Source: Escherichia phage dw-ec
Sequence record: OL739525.1
Reading direction: 5' to 3' (one strand)
Length of the DNA stretch: 64,000 bases
Made by a program: the position numbers and the translations under genes. The notes under the pieces are model-generated. The model ran no database searches. It saw only the letters and a list, made by a program, of their open reading frames with translations, and was not told the origin of the DNA. The stretch's first letter is position 1. The number at the start of each line of letters is the position of its first letter. Shown piece after piece: positions 19,676-28,386 of the stretch.

Positions 19676-20239
19676 CTAAATAGTTTTACTGTGATCATGA
19701 CAGTGTAATAAATGATGTATAGACCGTTGAGGATTTGTTTGACCTAATCTGTAAATGTGAAACAGATACATTCCCCGCATCAATCCTAACCTCTTCCCTT
19801 TTTCATGTAAAGTGCGAGAGAAAATTAAGTCGAATTGGATAGATTTTTCTTCGAAAGGAATTTCATTCCACAAGGATTTTCTAAAAAGCAAAAAGAAACC
19901 TGCTAGAGGTGTTCCGAAAGGAACTTCTTCAACACTCACTTTATGATATTCTCTTGCAATCTTAGCATATTCTATATGGTTTAGAATATCTGGATCATCG
20001 TTAATTTGGTTAGAGAAAAGCTGATAACCACTGCCTAACCTGTTACAAGTTGCACCTATTACATCAAAAGGTGGGTTTGACATAACAAGCTCTTCAAGCA
20101 TAGATGGTTGATCAGGTAGGAGGAACATTGTATCGGTATCTCTTAAACACACCCAACTATCATCTGGAAGAACGGCAATGGCTTCATTGATAGCCTTGCC
20201 GATATTTCCTGTCAGATAGGGAGTAATATAATAAATCAT
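19676..20239 (-). CDS. putative glycosyltransferase-like protein (GT-A-like)
   Basis: 187 aa; CLRDTDTMF DxD-like motif; weaker than neighbours. Confidence 0.4.
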   Translation of the reverse strand: MIYYITPYLTGNIGKAINEAIAVLPDDSWVCLRDTDTMFLLPDQPSMLEELVMSNPPFDVIGATCNRLGSGYQLFSNQINDDPDILNHIEYAKIAREYHKVSVEEVPFGTPLAGFFLLFRKSLWNEIPFEEKSIQFDLIFSRTLHEKGKRLGLMRGMYLFHIYRLGQTNPQRSIHHLLHCHDHSKTI

Positions 20240-20255
20240 TCTCCCCTCCGTTATA

Positions 20256-20447
20256 TTAACTGTCGGCTACAATCCCGCGTTTAATCATTTCCTGTTGGAT
20301 TTGGATGACACGATCTCGTGCTTCCATGTATTCTTTAAAAGATTCTTGAAGATGGTCACGAGCTACGTCTCGTAGCTTAATCAGTTTGTCGTTTGTCACT
20401 TCTTGAAGAGAGATTTCGCCAGTTTCATTGGTCCCAAGCGTTTTCAT
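20256..20447 (-). CDS. hypothetical protein
   Basis: 63 aa ORF. Confidence 0.45.
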   Translation of the reverse strand: MKTLGTNETGEISLQEVTNDKLIKLRDVARDHLQESFKEYMEARDRVIQIQQEMIKRGIVADS

Positions 20448-20655
20448 TTACAACCTCCTTAATAGCTACTGCACAGTTCTTACAAATACATTGACCTTTG
20501 TTCTTAGAAATTTCAATGTAAGGTTCATTTTCGTTTTCTCCGCGTCGTGAGTCGTATATTACCGTATTGAAGCAGACAACGCAAATGTTTTTAATAACGA
20601 CATATTTTTGCACTTTCTGTTTAGTGCGAAAATTGACTTCAATGACTTCTCCCAT
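20425..20655 (-). CDS. small zinc-ribbon protein
   Basis: Internal ATG at 20655 with GGGGAG RBS; CVVC...CICKNC. Confidence 0.45.
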   Translation of the reverse strand: MGEVIEVNFRTKQKVQKYVVIKNICVVCFNTVIYDSRRGENENEPYIEISKNKGQCICKNCAVAIKEVVNENAWDQ

Positions 20656-20939
20656 CAGTGAATCTCCCCTAAAATGTTGTTTTGAGACATTACTGCGGAG
20701 CATTCTACAGCATCATGAGTCCTTGCAAAACGCTCCCACAACACAGCATCTACTTTAAGAACCATACAAGGATAAATACTGTCGTTGATCATGTCAATGC
20801 TATATTTATCTACATCCTTTTCACCTTCCATAAACAAAGTAGCATATGCTTCTAAATGCTTACGGGTGTAGTATACATCCTCTTCAGTAAGACCGACAAC
20901 CAGGTAACTTGCTACAACAACAGTATTATCTTCTTGCAT
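20655..20939 (-). CDS. hypothetical protein
   Basis: Internal ATG at 20939 with GGGGAG RBS chosen to avoid 62-nt overlap with upstream gene. Confidence 0.5.
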   Translation of the reverse strand: MQEDNTVVVASYLVVGLTEEDVYYTRKHLEAYATLFMEGEKDVDKYSIDMINDSIYPCMVLKVDAVLWERFARTHDAVECSAVMSQNNILGEIH

Positions 20940-20940
20940 T

Positions 20941-21462
20941 TTAACTCCCCTTTGGTAGATAGAAACCATGCACTTTATCTCGATAAACAAGACGCATATC
21001 ACGTTCCCAGTGTGTCCTTATATTCCGTTTCTTGAAGTATAGAGCACCTTTAGTAACATCTAAAACAGACCGCAATTCAGGAAAATGTTTCTCTAAATAA
21101 AGTAAACGCTCCGCTATTGCTTTTGCTTCCTGCCACTTATCTTTCTCTGTTACGTTAAAAGTTTTCGCATATGAGAATTGCCCTTTCTGGAACAAGACTC
21201 CTCTGACCGTGTTAGGGAAGTAGGTATCATTTCTTCTGTTGATTACCACATTCCCAACGGCATTCATTCCTTTTTTACCCAGACCTCGACCTTCTGCGTA
21301 AATTGCACAAGCTAATAGAATTTTATCATTATATTGCTTTGTACATTTGTGAACTACTTTAGCGGTTTTTACGTTTGCAGCTTCGGCTTTCGCCACAACA
21401 GGTGTAAATGTAAAAGCAGTTAAGGATAGTAACGCAACTGTTACAAAGTTTTTTATCAGCAA
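20941..21462 (-). CDS. secreted cell-wall hydrolase (SleB/CwlJ-like), candidate endolysin
   Basis: N-terminal signal peptide (MLIKNFVTVALLSLTAFTFTPVVAKA); ACAIYAEGRG...VVINRRND...FP..V..VLFQKGQFS resembles Hydrolase_2 (SleB) domain. Confidence 0.65.
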   Translation of the reverse strand: MLIKNFVTVALLSLTAFTFTPVVAKAEAANVKTAKVVHKCTKQYNDKILLACAIYAEGRGLGKKGMNAVGNVVINRRNDTYFPNTVRGVLFQKGQFSYAKTFNVTEKDKWQEAKAIAERLLYLEKHFPELRSVLDVTKGALYFKKRNIRTHWERDMRLVYRDKVHGFYLPKGS

Positions 21463-21494
21463 ATTTTGCCTCCTTTTTAAGTTAACGAATTTCT

Positions 21495-21523
21495 AGTATA
21501 ACACGATAGAGGCTTTATTGCAA
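21495..21523 (-). promoter_or_regulatory. sigma70-like promoter (TTGCAA-17-TATACT)
   Basis: On minus strand upstream of 20941..21462. Confidence 0.45.
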
Positions 21524-21543
21524 GAGGGGGATTTCTCCCCCTC
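21524..21543 (-). terminator. intergenic GC-rich stem-loop (putative terminator after terD-like gene)
   Basis: GAGGGGGA-tttc-TCCCCCTC perfect hairpin directly after stop of 21562..22164; U-tract weak. Confidence 0.4.
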
Positions 21544-21561
21544 AAAATCATTTGTTAATTA

Positions 21562-22164
21562 TTATGGACATTCATACCATTCTTTTTTACCACCGAAGGC
21601 CATCACCACATCGCAAATATCCAGACCGGCTTTACCTACACCATATGCTTTCAGCTTCCATTCCCCATCTTCACGAACCAAGGAAGCCACGTGGCAGATT
21701 GTGTTACCAGCTACTTCAGGAGCCAGGAAGTCAAAATCCAGAATTTCCACATTACGTTCGGAGTCAAAGATTTTAAGCATACCTTCAGAAGCATGACCAA
21801 AACGTTTCAGACCTGTATCATCATCAATGGTCAGAACAAAGGCAATCTCTTGTGCATCAGGAGAGATTTTAGCCAGAGTAATATCAATCTGCTCCATGCT
21901 GCCAGTCCCATCACGAACATCGTCACCAGCGAAGGTAGAACGTTCAGGATCAAACTTGTTAGCGTAGCAAACCAGATGACGTGCAGACAGCATTTCAGGA
22001 TTGCCAGCGGCATTATGACGACAAACCAGTGCACTTACATCCAGATCCAGTTTAGAATCAGATTTCCAAGAGAATTCCAGGCGCAGTTCTTTCAGAGCCG
22101 GAGCAACTTTCTTCAGGGAAATTTTTTCGCTAGAGCCTTTTTTCAGGGAAATTTTATCAGTCAT
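21562..22164 (-). CDS. terD: TerD-family protein
   Basis: 200 aa; motifs parallel E. coli/plasmid TerD: LDLDVSALV, TFAGDDVRDGTGSMEQIDITL, EIAFVLTIDD, REDGEWKLKAYGVG. Confidence 0.85.
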   Translation of the reverse strand: MTDKISLKKGSSEKISLKKVAPALKELRLEFSWKSDSKLDLDVSALVCRHNAAGNPEMLSARHLVCYANKFDPERSTFAGDDVRDGTGSMEQIDITLAKISPDAQEIAFVLTIDDDTGLKRFGHASEGMLKIFDSERNVEILDFDFLAPEVAGNTICHVASLVREDGEWKLKAYGVGKAGLDICDVVMAFGGKKEWYECP

Positions 22165-22179
22165 CTTTTGTCTCCTCTA

Positions 22180-22449
22180 TTATTTAAGTGTAATACCAGT
22201 TACAGTCAATTCTACTTCCAAAAGCTTAGATGTGTTTTGGATTGATACTAATTGTGCATGATGGTTTAGTTCTACAGCGGAATAATCATTCTCCCCATCG
22301 TCTACTTTTAAATAAACAATGATTTCACTAAGGTCTAAACCATTTTCGTCAAATGCATTTTCATAGACGAAAGTATCTCCTACATCCAAATCTTTAATGG
22401 TAAGGCATCGTTTATTTACTTTTTGCTCATCAATTTCGAAGTTTAACAC
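22180..22449 (-). CDS. hypothetical protein (paralog family with 23471..23749)
   Basis: 89 aa; shares DLDVG(D/A)TF...GLD...VE(L/V)T(G/N)ITLK with 23471..23749. Confidence 0.55.
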   Translation of the reverse strand: MLNFEIDEQKVNKRCLTIKDLDVGDTFVYENAFDENGLDLSEIIVYLKVDDGENDYSAVELNHHAQLVSIQNTSKLLEVELTVTGITLK

Positions 22450-22678
22450 TTCTTCCTCCTAATGTTATCTCCGGTTTGTATATACGAAGAATTATAGCAT
22501 TTTCATTTTCTTTGTCAACCCATTCTTCATAATCGGGCCATACATGAATCTCTACTCTACTTACAATATCTTCCATTCGCACAGTCCCAATGAAATACTC
22601 TTTGAGACTGCGCATAATGAAAGCTTCTCTCTCGCGCCAATAATTTTCTACGACTTGAGAGGCAAGCTCGTCGATCAT
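22430..22678 (-). CDS. hypothetical protein
   Basis: 82 aa ORF. Confidence 0.5.
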   Translation of the reverse strand: MIDELASQVVENYWREREAFIMRSLKEYFIGTVRMEDIVSRVEIHVWPDYEEWVDKENENAIILRIYKPEITLGGRSVKLRN

Positions 22679-23469
22679 TTTTTAGCACCTACTTTAACAA
22701 CCCACTCTCCGAACTCTTCAGATAAGAGTTTGTCATAAAGCTCTGAATCTGTCAAGTCTAAATCTTTAATGCCAATAAAACCAACATTATCATAAGCATT
22801 TGCCAGTTCTTTCAGGAAGCCAAACTTCTCATTACCAACGCCAACCATGAACCAATAAATAGGTTTATTCTTATTCTCTTCAATAAGACGACGAACAGCA
22901 CTAGGATCACCATTCTCACCATCCGTCTGGAAGAATACAACACCAGGGGTAACGTCAGCACCTGGTTCAGATACAGCTACAACTTTTTCACGCTCTACAG
23001 ACACTGTTTCAGTTTTACCAAGCAGACGATTAAAGAAGCCTTTCTTTGGAGCCTCCTCTTGTACCACTTGTTTAGTGGTAATATATTTGGTAACAGTGCC
23101 AAAATACTCATCGTAGATATCTGCCATTACAGGGGCGTAATTTGTTCCACCTCCGATACGAACATTACGCATACATTTACCAACATAGTCATCGTAAACG
23201 TCTGCTGTTGCTGGAGTAAGCTCTTGGGAACTCGTATTGAAGGCCCACATATCAATTTGTTGATTATCGTCGAACAGCATACCAAAAGGAAGCAGTTTAC
23301 CTACAAAATCACTCACTACCCCACTAGAATATAGACCATGCATACTACCAGAAATATCTAGAGCACATGCTACACGAAGAACAATCTTACCTTCATTCAG
23401 GTTCTTATTCTTTTTCAGAGAGAAAGCAAGGTTTTCTTGACGTTTTTTCAGGCTGATTTTCTCGGACAT
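22675..23469 (-). CDS. von Willebrand factor A (vWA) domain protein with TerD-like N-terminal leader (TerY/TerF-like)
   Basis: 264 aa; MIDAS motif ALDISGSMHG; N-terminus MSEKISLKK resembles TerD N-terminus; AGGAGA RBS. Confidence 0.65.
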   Translation of the reverse strand: MSEKISLKKRQENLAFSLKKNKNLNEGKIVLRVACALDISGSMHGLYSSGVVSDFVGKLLPFGMLFDDNQQIDMWAFNTSSQELTPATADVYDDYVGKCMRNVRIGGGTNYAPVMADIYDEYFGTVTKYITTKQVVQEEAPKKGFFNRLLGKTETVSVEREKVVAVSEPGADVTPGVVFFQTDGENGDPSAVRRLIEENKNKPIYWFMVGVGNEKFGFLKELANAYDNVGFIGIKDLDLTDSELYDKLLSEEFGEWVVKVGAKK

Positions 23470-23470
23470 A

Positions 23471-23749
23471 TTATTTCTCCTTCTTAAGTGTAATATTGGT
23501 AACTTCTAAATCTACTTCCACCATATTTGTATCTGGTGGGATGCAATGAGTATAGCCTCGTTGTGCTAGTGATCCATTAATACAAATCGCACTGTTTGTG
23601 GAATTTTTAATGAACACCAAGTTACGGTAGGTATCCAACCCTGCGTCTTCATAGGCATCATAATACATGAATGTGGCCCCTACATCAAGATCTTCGAAAG
23701 CAATAGGTAAATCCTGACTTTTTTCTTCTTGAATATTGAATCTAAACAC
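23471..23749 (-). CDS. hypothetical protein (paralog of 22180..22449)
   Basis: GTG start at 23749 with GAGGAGG RBS gives 93 aa matching paralog length; alternative track start 23815. Confidence 0.45.
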   Translation of the reverse strand: MFRFNIQEEKSQDLPIAFEDLDVGATFMYYDAYEDAGLDTYRNLVFIKNSTNSAICINGSLAQRGYTHCIPPDTNMVEVDLEVTNITLKKEK

Positions 23750-24305
23750 GCATACCTCCTCTACCAATTTTGAAGCCCAAATCGTAAGCTTCCTTAGTGA
23801 TCTTTTGTAACTCACTTATAGGAAGTGTTACAAGAGGATCATCTTCTTCAATTTCCATCTTGTCATCTTCTGTTTCAATGAGAGTATTATGCACTTTGTG
23901 ATAAGGGTTGTCAACACGTTTAAACTTATTCTTTTCTGTGCTGAAAAAACAATCTGGATCTTCTTCACCATCACCCCAACCTTGGTTAGGATCTCCGTCA
24001 GATTGTTCTGTAGGGATTTCACCTGTAAAGTACTCTTCCAGCACCATAGCGATACCGTCCCTTGGATTTGAGGAATGCATCAAATCACAAACCTTACTCC
24101 AATCCATAGCCCATTCAAATCGTTCACGAACACCATTTTCATCCTCCTTTCCAGAGAAAACACAACCATAACTATCATAGTTGCCATACATCTCTTCAAT
24201 AACAACACCGTCCTTCAAAAGAAAGAGGTAGCAAGGTGATCCGTCGAAAGAAGTAGAAAGGGCAGCTTTGCCCGATTCTTTGCACAAAAAGCTAAAACAA
24301 CCCAT
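23742..24305 (-). CDS. hypothetical acidic protein
   Basis: 187 aa ORF. Confidence 0.55.
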   Translation of the reverse strand: MGCFSFLCKESGKAALSTSFDGSPCYLFLLKDGVVIEEMYGNYDSYGCVFSGKEDENGVRERFEWAMDWSKVCDLMHSSNPRDGIAMVLEEYFTGEIPTEQSDGDPNQGWGDGEEDPDCFFSTEKNKFKRVDNPYHKVHNTLIETEDDKMEIEEDDPLVTLPISELQKITKEAYDLGFKIGRGGMRV

Positions 24306-24703
24306 TACAAACCCTCCTTCAGATTATCAAGAGCTACAGTGGTTTCACAAAATTCTCCATAAGCTTTATGATGTTCCAGAAAAGCTTCGGGTCCACCCCA
24401 GTCATTATCTTGTGTATTCCAGCCATCTATAAAAGCATCTTCAATGATTGTGATCAGTTCCTGTCGAGTCAACGTAATGGTATCAGGTTTCTGCGTAGTT
24501 TCCACACGGAACCCTGGTTCTTCATAAAAACCTTTAGTTATAATGGATTCTAACTCTTCTGCATCACAGAGGAAGTAGCCACAAAGATAACACCAACCGT
24601 CATCATCTTTCATTACTTCATAAACTTCACCACTTGCCAAATTAGTGAAAAGAGTAGGGTCTGTTACTGTAAGTTTTAAAAGAATACCTGTTGGATTATA
24701 CAT
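24305..24703 (-). CDS. hypothetical protein
   Basis: 132 aa ORF, RBS GGAGGAAG. Confidence 0.55.
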   Translation of the reverse strand: MYNPTGILLKLTVTDPTLFTNLASGEVYEVMKDDDGWCYLCGYFLCDAEELESIITKGFYEEPGFRVETTQKPDTITLTRQELITIIEDAFIDGWNTQDNDWGGPEAFLEHHKAYGEFCETTVALDNLKEGL

Positions 24704-24869
24704 CTTCTTCCTCCTCTAAAATATGGAACCCGTAATTACAATAATCCTGAAAGGTTTCGTGTGCAAGATCTTCTATATCCTCTTGAGACATATCATCTTC
24801 AATTTCGATATCCACAACCTCATTGCATCCACACCAAGCAGTTTCAATATTCACTCGTAGTATTTTCAT
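24696..24869 (-). CDS. hypothetical small acidic protein (57 aa)
   Basis: Not in ORF track; ATG with GGAGGAGGAG RBS, start overlaps upstream stop (TAATG); hand-translated without stops. Confidence 0.35.
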   Translation of the reverse strand: MKILRVNIETAWCGCNEVVDIEIEDDMSQEDIEDLAHETFQDYCNYGFHILEEEEDV

Positions 24870-25066
24870 TACTCCTCCTCCTCATTGAAGTCAATATCTG
24901 CAAGGAGTTCGAATTTACGGAAGTTACGACAACCTTCATAAATATAACAATCACGACAAACTGCTAGAACACTTGGGGGATATATACCTCCCATCGGCGC
25001 GAATCGTTTTTCGTCATCATAACGGACACCAATGTCCTCATCAATTATATAGATACGGATTCTCAT
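24869..25066 (-). CDS. hypothetical Cys-containing protein
   Basis: 65 aa ORF (CRDC...C). Confidence 0.45.
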   Translation of the reverse strand: MRIRIYIIDEDIGVRYDDEKRFAPMGGIYPPSVLAVCRDCYIYEGCRNFRKFELLADIDFNEEEE

Positions 25067-26175
25067 TTACCAAGCCCTCGTTTCACAGCAGCTACCATCC
25101 CGTCTTCCAGAGATTGAACTTCATTAATATAATCAACACGAGCAGCACGGGCTTCCGTATTGATGCGGTTAGTTTCTTCCAACATCTTAACCAAGTTTTC
25201 CTGATCGTGACGCAGAGTTTCAATATCCAACACTTGACGGTTAGCCAGTGCTGCTGCTTCGATCTGATTCTGTGTGGCAAGATCGCTACCCAGTTTAATT
25301 GCCAGGTTAAATTCATCAAGAACGTTATTCTGCGTCTCTGCTGCTTTCATTTGACGTAAGCTCTCGATATACATTGAGAAGTTAGCAGAGTAAGCAGGAA
25401 TAACATTATTTACTATGTTACGCGCAGATCGCATTAAGCTTGCAGAAACTTTTTGCATACCTTGTACACGCGGTCCCATTTGGACACACAGTAGGCGCAA
25501 TGCTTTTAAATCTGCAATACGAATCTCCAGAAGATCCAAAGTATCTCGGATCACTTGTCGCTGTTCTACTGCATCTTCTGGAAGAGCAGCCAAAGCTTGT
25601 TCTTCTTTTTCATAGGTTGCTGTTAGAAGCTGCATATCTCGGTTCAAACTTGCAGCATATTGTCCAATAGCTTGATGTAGCTTTTCAAGATATACCAAGG
25701 AATCTTCTTCTTTGCGAATATCCATTTGAAGGTTCTTTACCAACTCTTCAATACGGTTATTAACATTATCAAACTCCCCGAACAGGTCTTCTTTCATACC
25801 CATAACTTTTTTAATGAGTTTAGTAATACCCTTGCTTTGTTTAATAGAGTTTGGATCAAGTTGTTTTGCCTGTTTAATCAAAGCTGTAAGTCGTTCACTC
25901 ATCTGATCGCCTTGATTACTACGTTGATGTTTTAACACCTCGGCATTCAAGGAACGCAAGGTTGTTCCTGCCTCTGCCCCAATCTCTTCAATCTCTTGTC
26001 GGGTCATAGAAGGCAAAACTGGAACTTCTTGCGGTGCCGCTGGTGCATAAACAGGACTGGCATCTAACACGCTTGGAGCGAATACAGATTTACTTGCATC
26101 TGTTGTTGCAGCGAATACACTCATTTCAGACTTCTTCTGACCACCAGTAGCTGCTTTTAAAAATGGACTTGTCAT
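25063..26175 (-). CDS. TelA-like (toxic anion resistance family) protein
   Basis: 370 aa, largely helical; LDPNS and DIETL segments resemble TelA/KlaA family; genomic context with TerD/TerC; needs HMM confirmation. Confidence 0.5.
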   Translation of the reverse strand: MTSPFLKAATGGQKKSEMSVFAATTDASKSVFAPSVLDASPVYAPAAPQEVPVLPSMTRQEIEEIGAEAGTTLRSLNAEVLKHQRSNQGDQMSERLTALIKQAKQLDPNSIKQSKGITKLIKKVMGMKEDLFGEFDNVNNRIEELVKNLQMDIRKEEDSLVYLEKLHQAIGQYAASLNRDMQLLTATYEKEEQALAALPEDAVEQRQVIRDTLDLLEIRIADLKALRLLCVQMGPRVQGMQKVSASLMRSARNIVNNVIPAYSANFSMYIESLRQMKAAETQNNVLDEFNLAIKLGSDLATQNQIEAAALANRQVLDIETLRHDQENLVKMLEETNRINTEARAARVDYINEVQSLEDGMVAAVKRGLGK

Positions 26176-26762
26176 TCTTCATTCTCCTCTTCTGCATCTC
26201 TTATATATGGTGAAACACCGTACTCTTTAGCTACTTTAACCCAATCATCCCATTTATACAACCATAATTTTCCTTCAGTTCCTTCTTTATCTGATTTCAA
26301 CCACATGTTAGGTTGCTTGCCTGGGTACATGCGATTAGGTTTACGATTATAACCTCTAACACATCTTGTCGCAAACCTATCTACCAGAACAAGAACATAT
26401 TTATACTCGTGGTTCAACGGCTCTTTGGAAGTGGCTTTAGGATTAGCCCCTAACTCTGCTGCCAGTTTTTGCCAATGAGCACCGTGCCTACTAAACTTAC
26501 CCATACAACCATCAATAGCGTGAGCAATTTCGTGCTTCATTGTATCCACGATCATATCTCTTGTAGAGTTCTTATGCAAGTGCCAATTTACAACAACAAT
26601 TTTATCTCGGTAGTTGCACCAACCGAAAGAGTTATTCACTTTGTTTCTAACACAAGCTTTATATCCTGCTTCACGTAACATGTTGTAGTAAACAGGAAAA
26701 TCTTCTTTTATTTCCTGCATCACTTCCCACCACAAGAGTTGCAAGTCTCTCTCGGTATGCAT
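26172..26762 (-). CDS. SprT-like zinc metallopeptidase-domain protein
   Basis: 196 aa; HEIAHAID (HExxH) within SprT-like context. Confidence 0.5.
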   Translation of the reverse strand: MHTERDLQLLWWEVMQEIKEDFPVYYNMLREAGYKACVRNKVNNSFGWCNYRDKIVVVNWHLHKNSTRDMIVDTMKHEIAHAIDGCMGKFSRHGAHWQKLAAELGANPKATSKEPLNHEYKYVLVLVDRFATRCVRGYNRKPNRMYPGKQPNMWLKSDKEGTEGKLWLYKWDDWVKVAKEYGVSPYIRDAEEENEE

Positions 26763-26764
26763 AC

Positions 26765-27358
26765 TTACACCTTAAAAGCGAAATGCGTGGTCGTGGCTTC
26801 AAAATCAGGGCCAGATAAACTTGCACTGAAATCTGAAATATTTGTAATTAAAAAGCTTTTATGCATACCTAACACAGCCACGCTTTCAATATCTTCTACT
26901 AACATTTCAATCATGTTAGAAACATGGCTGAACGTATAGTTTTGTTTTTTGATGGTGTAGAAAGAAAGACTCTCACCTGCTGTATAAGATACTTCTTCAA
27001 AATCTTTAATCGTATACTGTGTCCCATCAGTAAAGAAAATGGTAGCTTTATTAGTAGCACGTTTCTTGTTTTTTGGTCCTTTTTTACGTTTACTGCGAGT
27101 AGGCAAACCGTTTGGAAATACCGTAGCTACAAATTCTTCAGGAGAAACCTCCTTACCGAAATCATAACCGTAAGAAACAGCGTCTATAAACTCGTCGTCT
27201 TCATTTTTAAAATAATGAAAATAGGGCCAATTTGAGAGATTATCGAGCATCTTATGCTCATCCACAGCAGAGAACGTATCCCTCAAAGCACGTGTGATTT
27301 GCAAAGCATTAGGCAAACTTTTAACACCTGTAATGGAAGTACGGATAGAAATTGTCAT
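26765..27358 (-). CDS. hypothetical protein
   Basis: 197 aa ORF. Confidence 0.55.
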   Translation of the reverse strand: MTISIRTSITGVKSLPNALQITRALRDTFSAVDEHKMLDNLSNWPYFHYFKNEDDEFIDAVSYGYDFGKEVSPEEFVATVFPNGLPTRSKRKKGPKNKKRATNKATIFFTDGTQYTIKDFEEVSYTAGESLSFYTIKKQNYTFSHVSNMIEMLVEDIESVAVLGMHKSFLITNISDFSASLSGPDFEATTTHFAFKV

Positions 27359-27372
27359 TGTTTTTCTCCTTA

Positions 27373-27810
27373 TTAACGTCGCTTGCTACGAGATGAACTC
27401 TTTTTACTTAAAGGGCTATTGTAAGATTTACGAGTTGTATAGCTACTATTTGTTTTAAAAGTTTGTCTCGGCTTTTCATAAGTTTTTATCTCTTGTTTAG
27501 GCTTACCATAAAAATTAGTTTTCGGTTTAGGTGTATTATAATGCTTATTAATAATCGTTCTGTTATCGTTATAATCCCCACTGCTACGATTACTACCGCC
27601 ACTCATCATATGCCCTAACAACATACCTGTAGCAAACTCACCAACACCGCTACTACTAGAACCGCCACCATTGTTGATAATAGTTGTATCTCCGTCAGAT
27701 CCTTGTTGAGCGTATTGTTGAGGAGGTTGTTGGTATTGTGCAGGATTTGTTTCATCCTCGCAAGCTGTTAAAAAGATACAACCAATTAAAATCAGGGCTA
27801 GTTTTTTCAT
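27373..27810 (-). CDS. lipoprotein (candidate superinfection-exclusion protein)
   Basis: Internal ATG at 27810 with GAGGAA RBS; lipobox MKKLALILIGCIFLTAC; Gly/Ser-rich middle, basic tail. Confidence 0.55.
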   Translation of the reverse strand: MKKLALILIGCIFLTACEDETNPAQYQQPPQQYAQQGSDGDTTIINNGGGSSSSGVGEFATGMLLGHMMSGGSNRSSGDYNDNRTIINKHYNTPKPKTNFYGKPKQEIKTYEKPRQTFKTNSSYTTRKSYNSPLSKKSSSRSKRR

Positions 27811-27997
27811 ATTTGCTTTCCTCGTTTTGGCTATTAATACATCTGTGTTTGAAATCTCCAGAGAAGCAATAAAGTTGCTCTCCATCTCGGTATAAACTCA
27901 CTTTACTGCCGTTGATTACGCTTGTCAATACAAAAATTACAACAAACAACCCTATTGCAAAACAGATATTTTCAAACACAACCAACAAGTATTTCAT
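27752..27997 (-). CDS. hypothetical membrane protein
   Basis: 81 aa; one N-terminal TM helix; C-terminal part overlaps lipoprotein gene start so 3' extent uncertain. Confidence 0.4.
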   Translation of the reverse strand: MKYLLVVFENICFAIGLFVVIFVLTSVINGSKVSLYRDGEQLYCFSGDFKHRCINSQNEESKYEKTSPDFNWLYLFNSLRG

Positions 27998-28344
27998 TTT
28001 AAAAATACCTCATCATCAGTTTCATTATCCCAGAAGAACAAATCCCAACCATTCGGATCATTCCATTTGGCTGCTGGAGAAGTCCATATTTGTTCAATAT
28101 CAATATTCAAAACTTCACCGTTTCGTTTTGAAACAGCTTTAGTTAATTCCCAACGAGATACAGGCTCTACTTCTCCTGAACCACTTCCACAACAAGCTAC
28201 CACATTAGGAGGCAAATTAATCGGATCTTTGGTCACAATCATAACGCTTACCCCAGGGTAAACTTTTGAAAGATAATCTGAAATGTAATCCACATCACCA
28301 GGTAAATCCCAAACAAGTTCTTGAATTTCATCAAAATTATTCAT
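27994..28344 (-). CDS. hypothetical acidic protein
   Basis: 116 aa ORF downstream of terC terminator. Confidence 0.55.
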   Translation of the reverse strand: MNNFDEIQELVWDLPGDVDYISDYLSKVYPGVSVMIVTKDPINLPPNVVACCGSGSGEVEPVSRWELTKAVSKRNGEVLNIDIEQIWTSPAAKWNDPNGWDLFFWDNETDDEVFLK

Positions 28345-28361
28345 AAGTCTCTCCTATAAAA

Positions 28362-28384
28362 TAGCCTCCCGAAGGAGGCTCATC
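28362..28384 (-). terminator. rho-independent terminator
   Basis: GCCUCC-uucg-GGAGGC stem-loop with U-rich tail on minus strand after terC-like gene. Confidence 0.6.
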
Positions 28385-28386
28385 TA

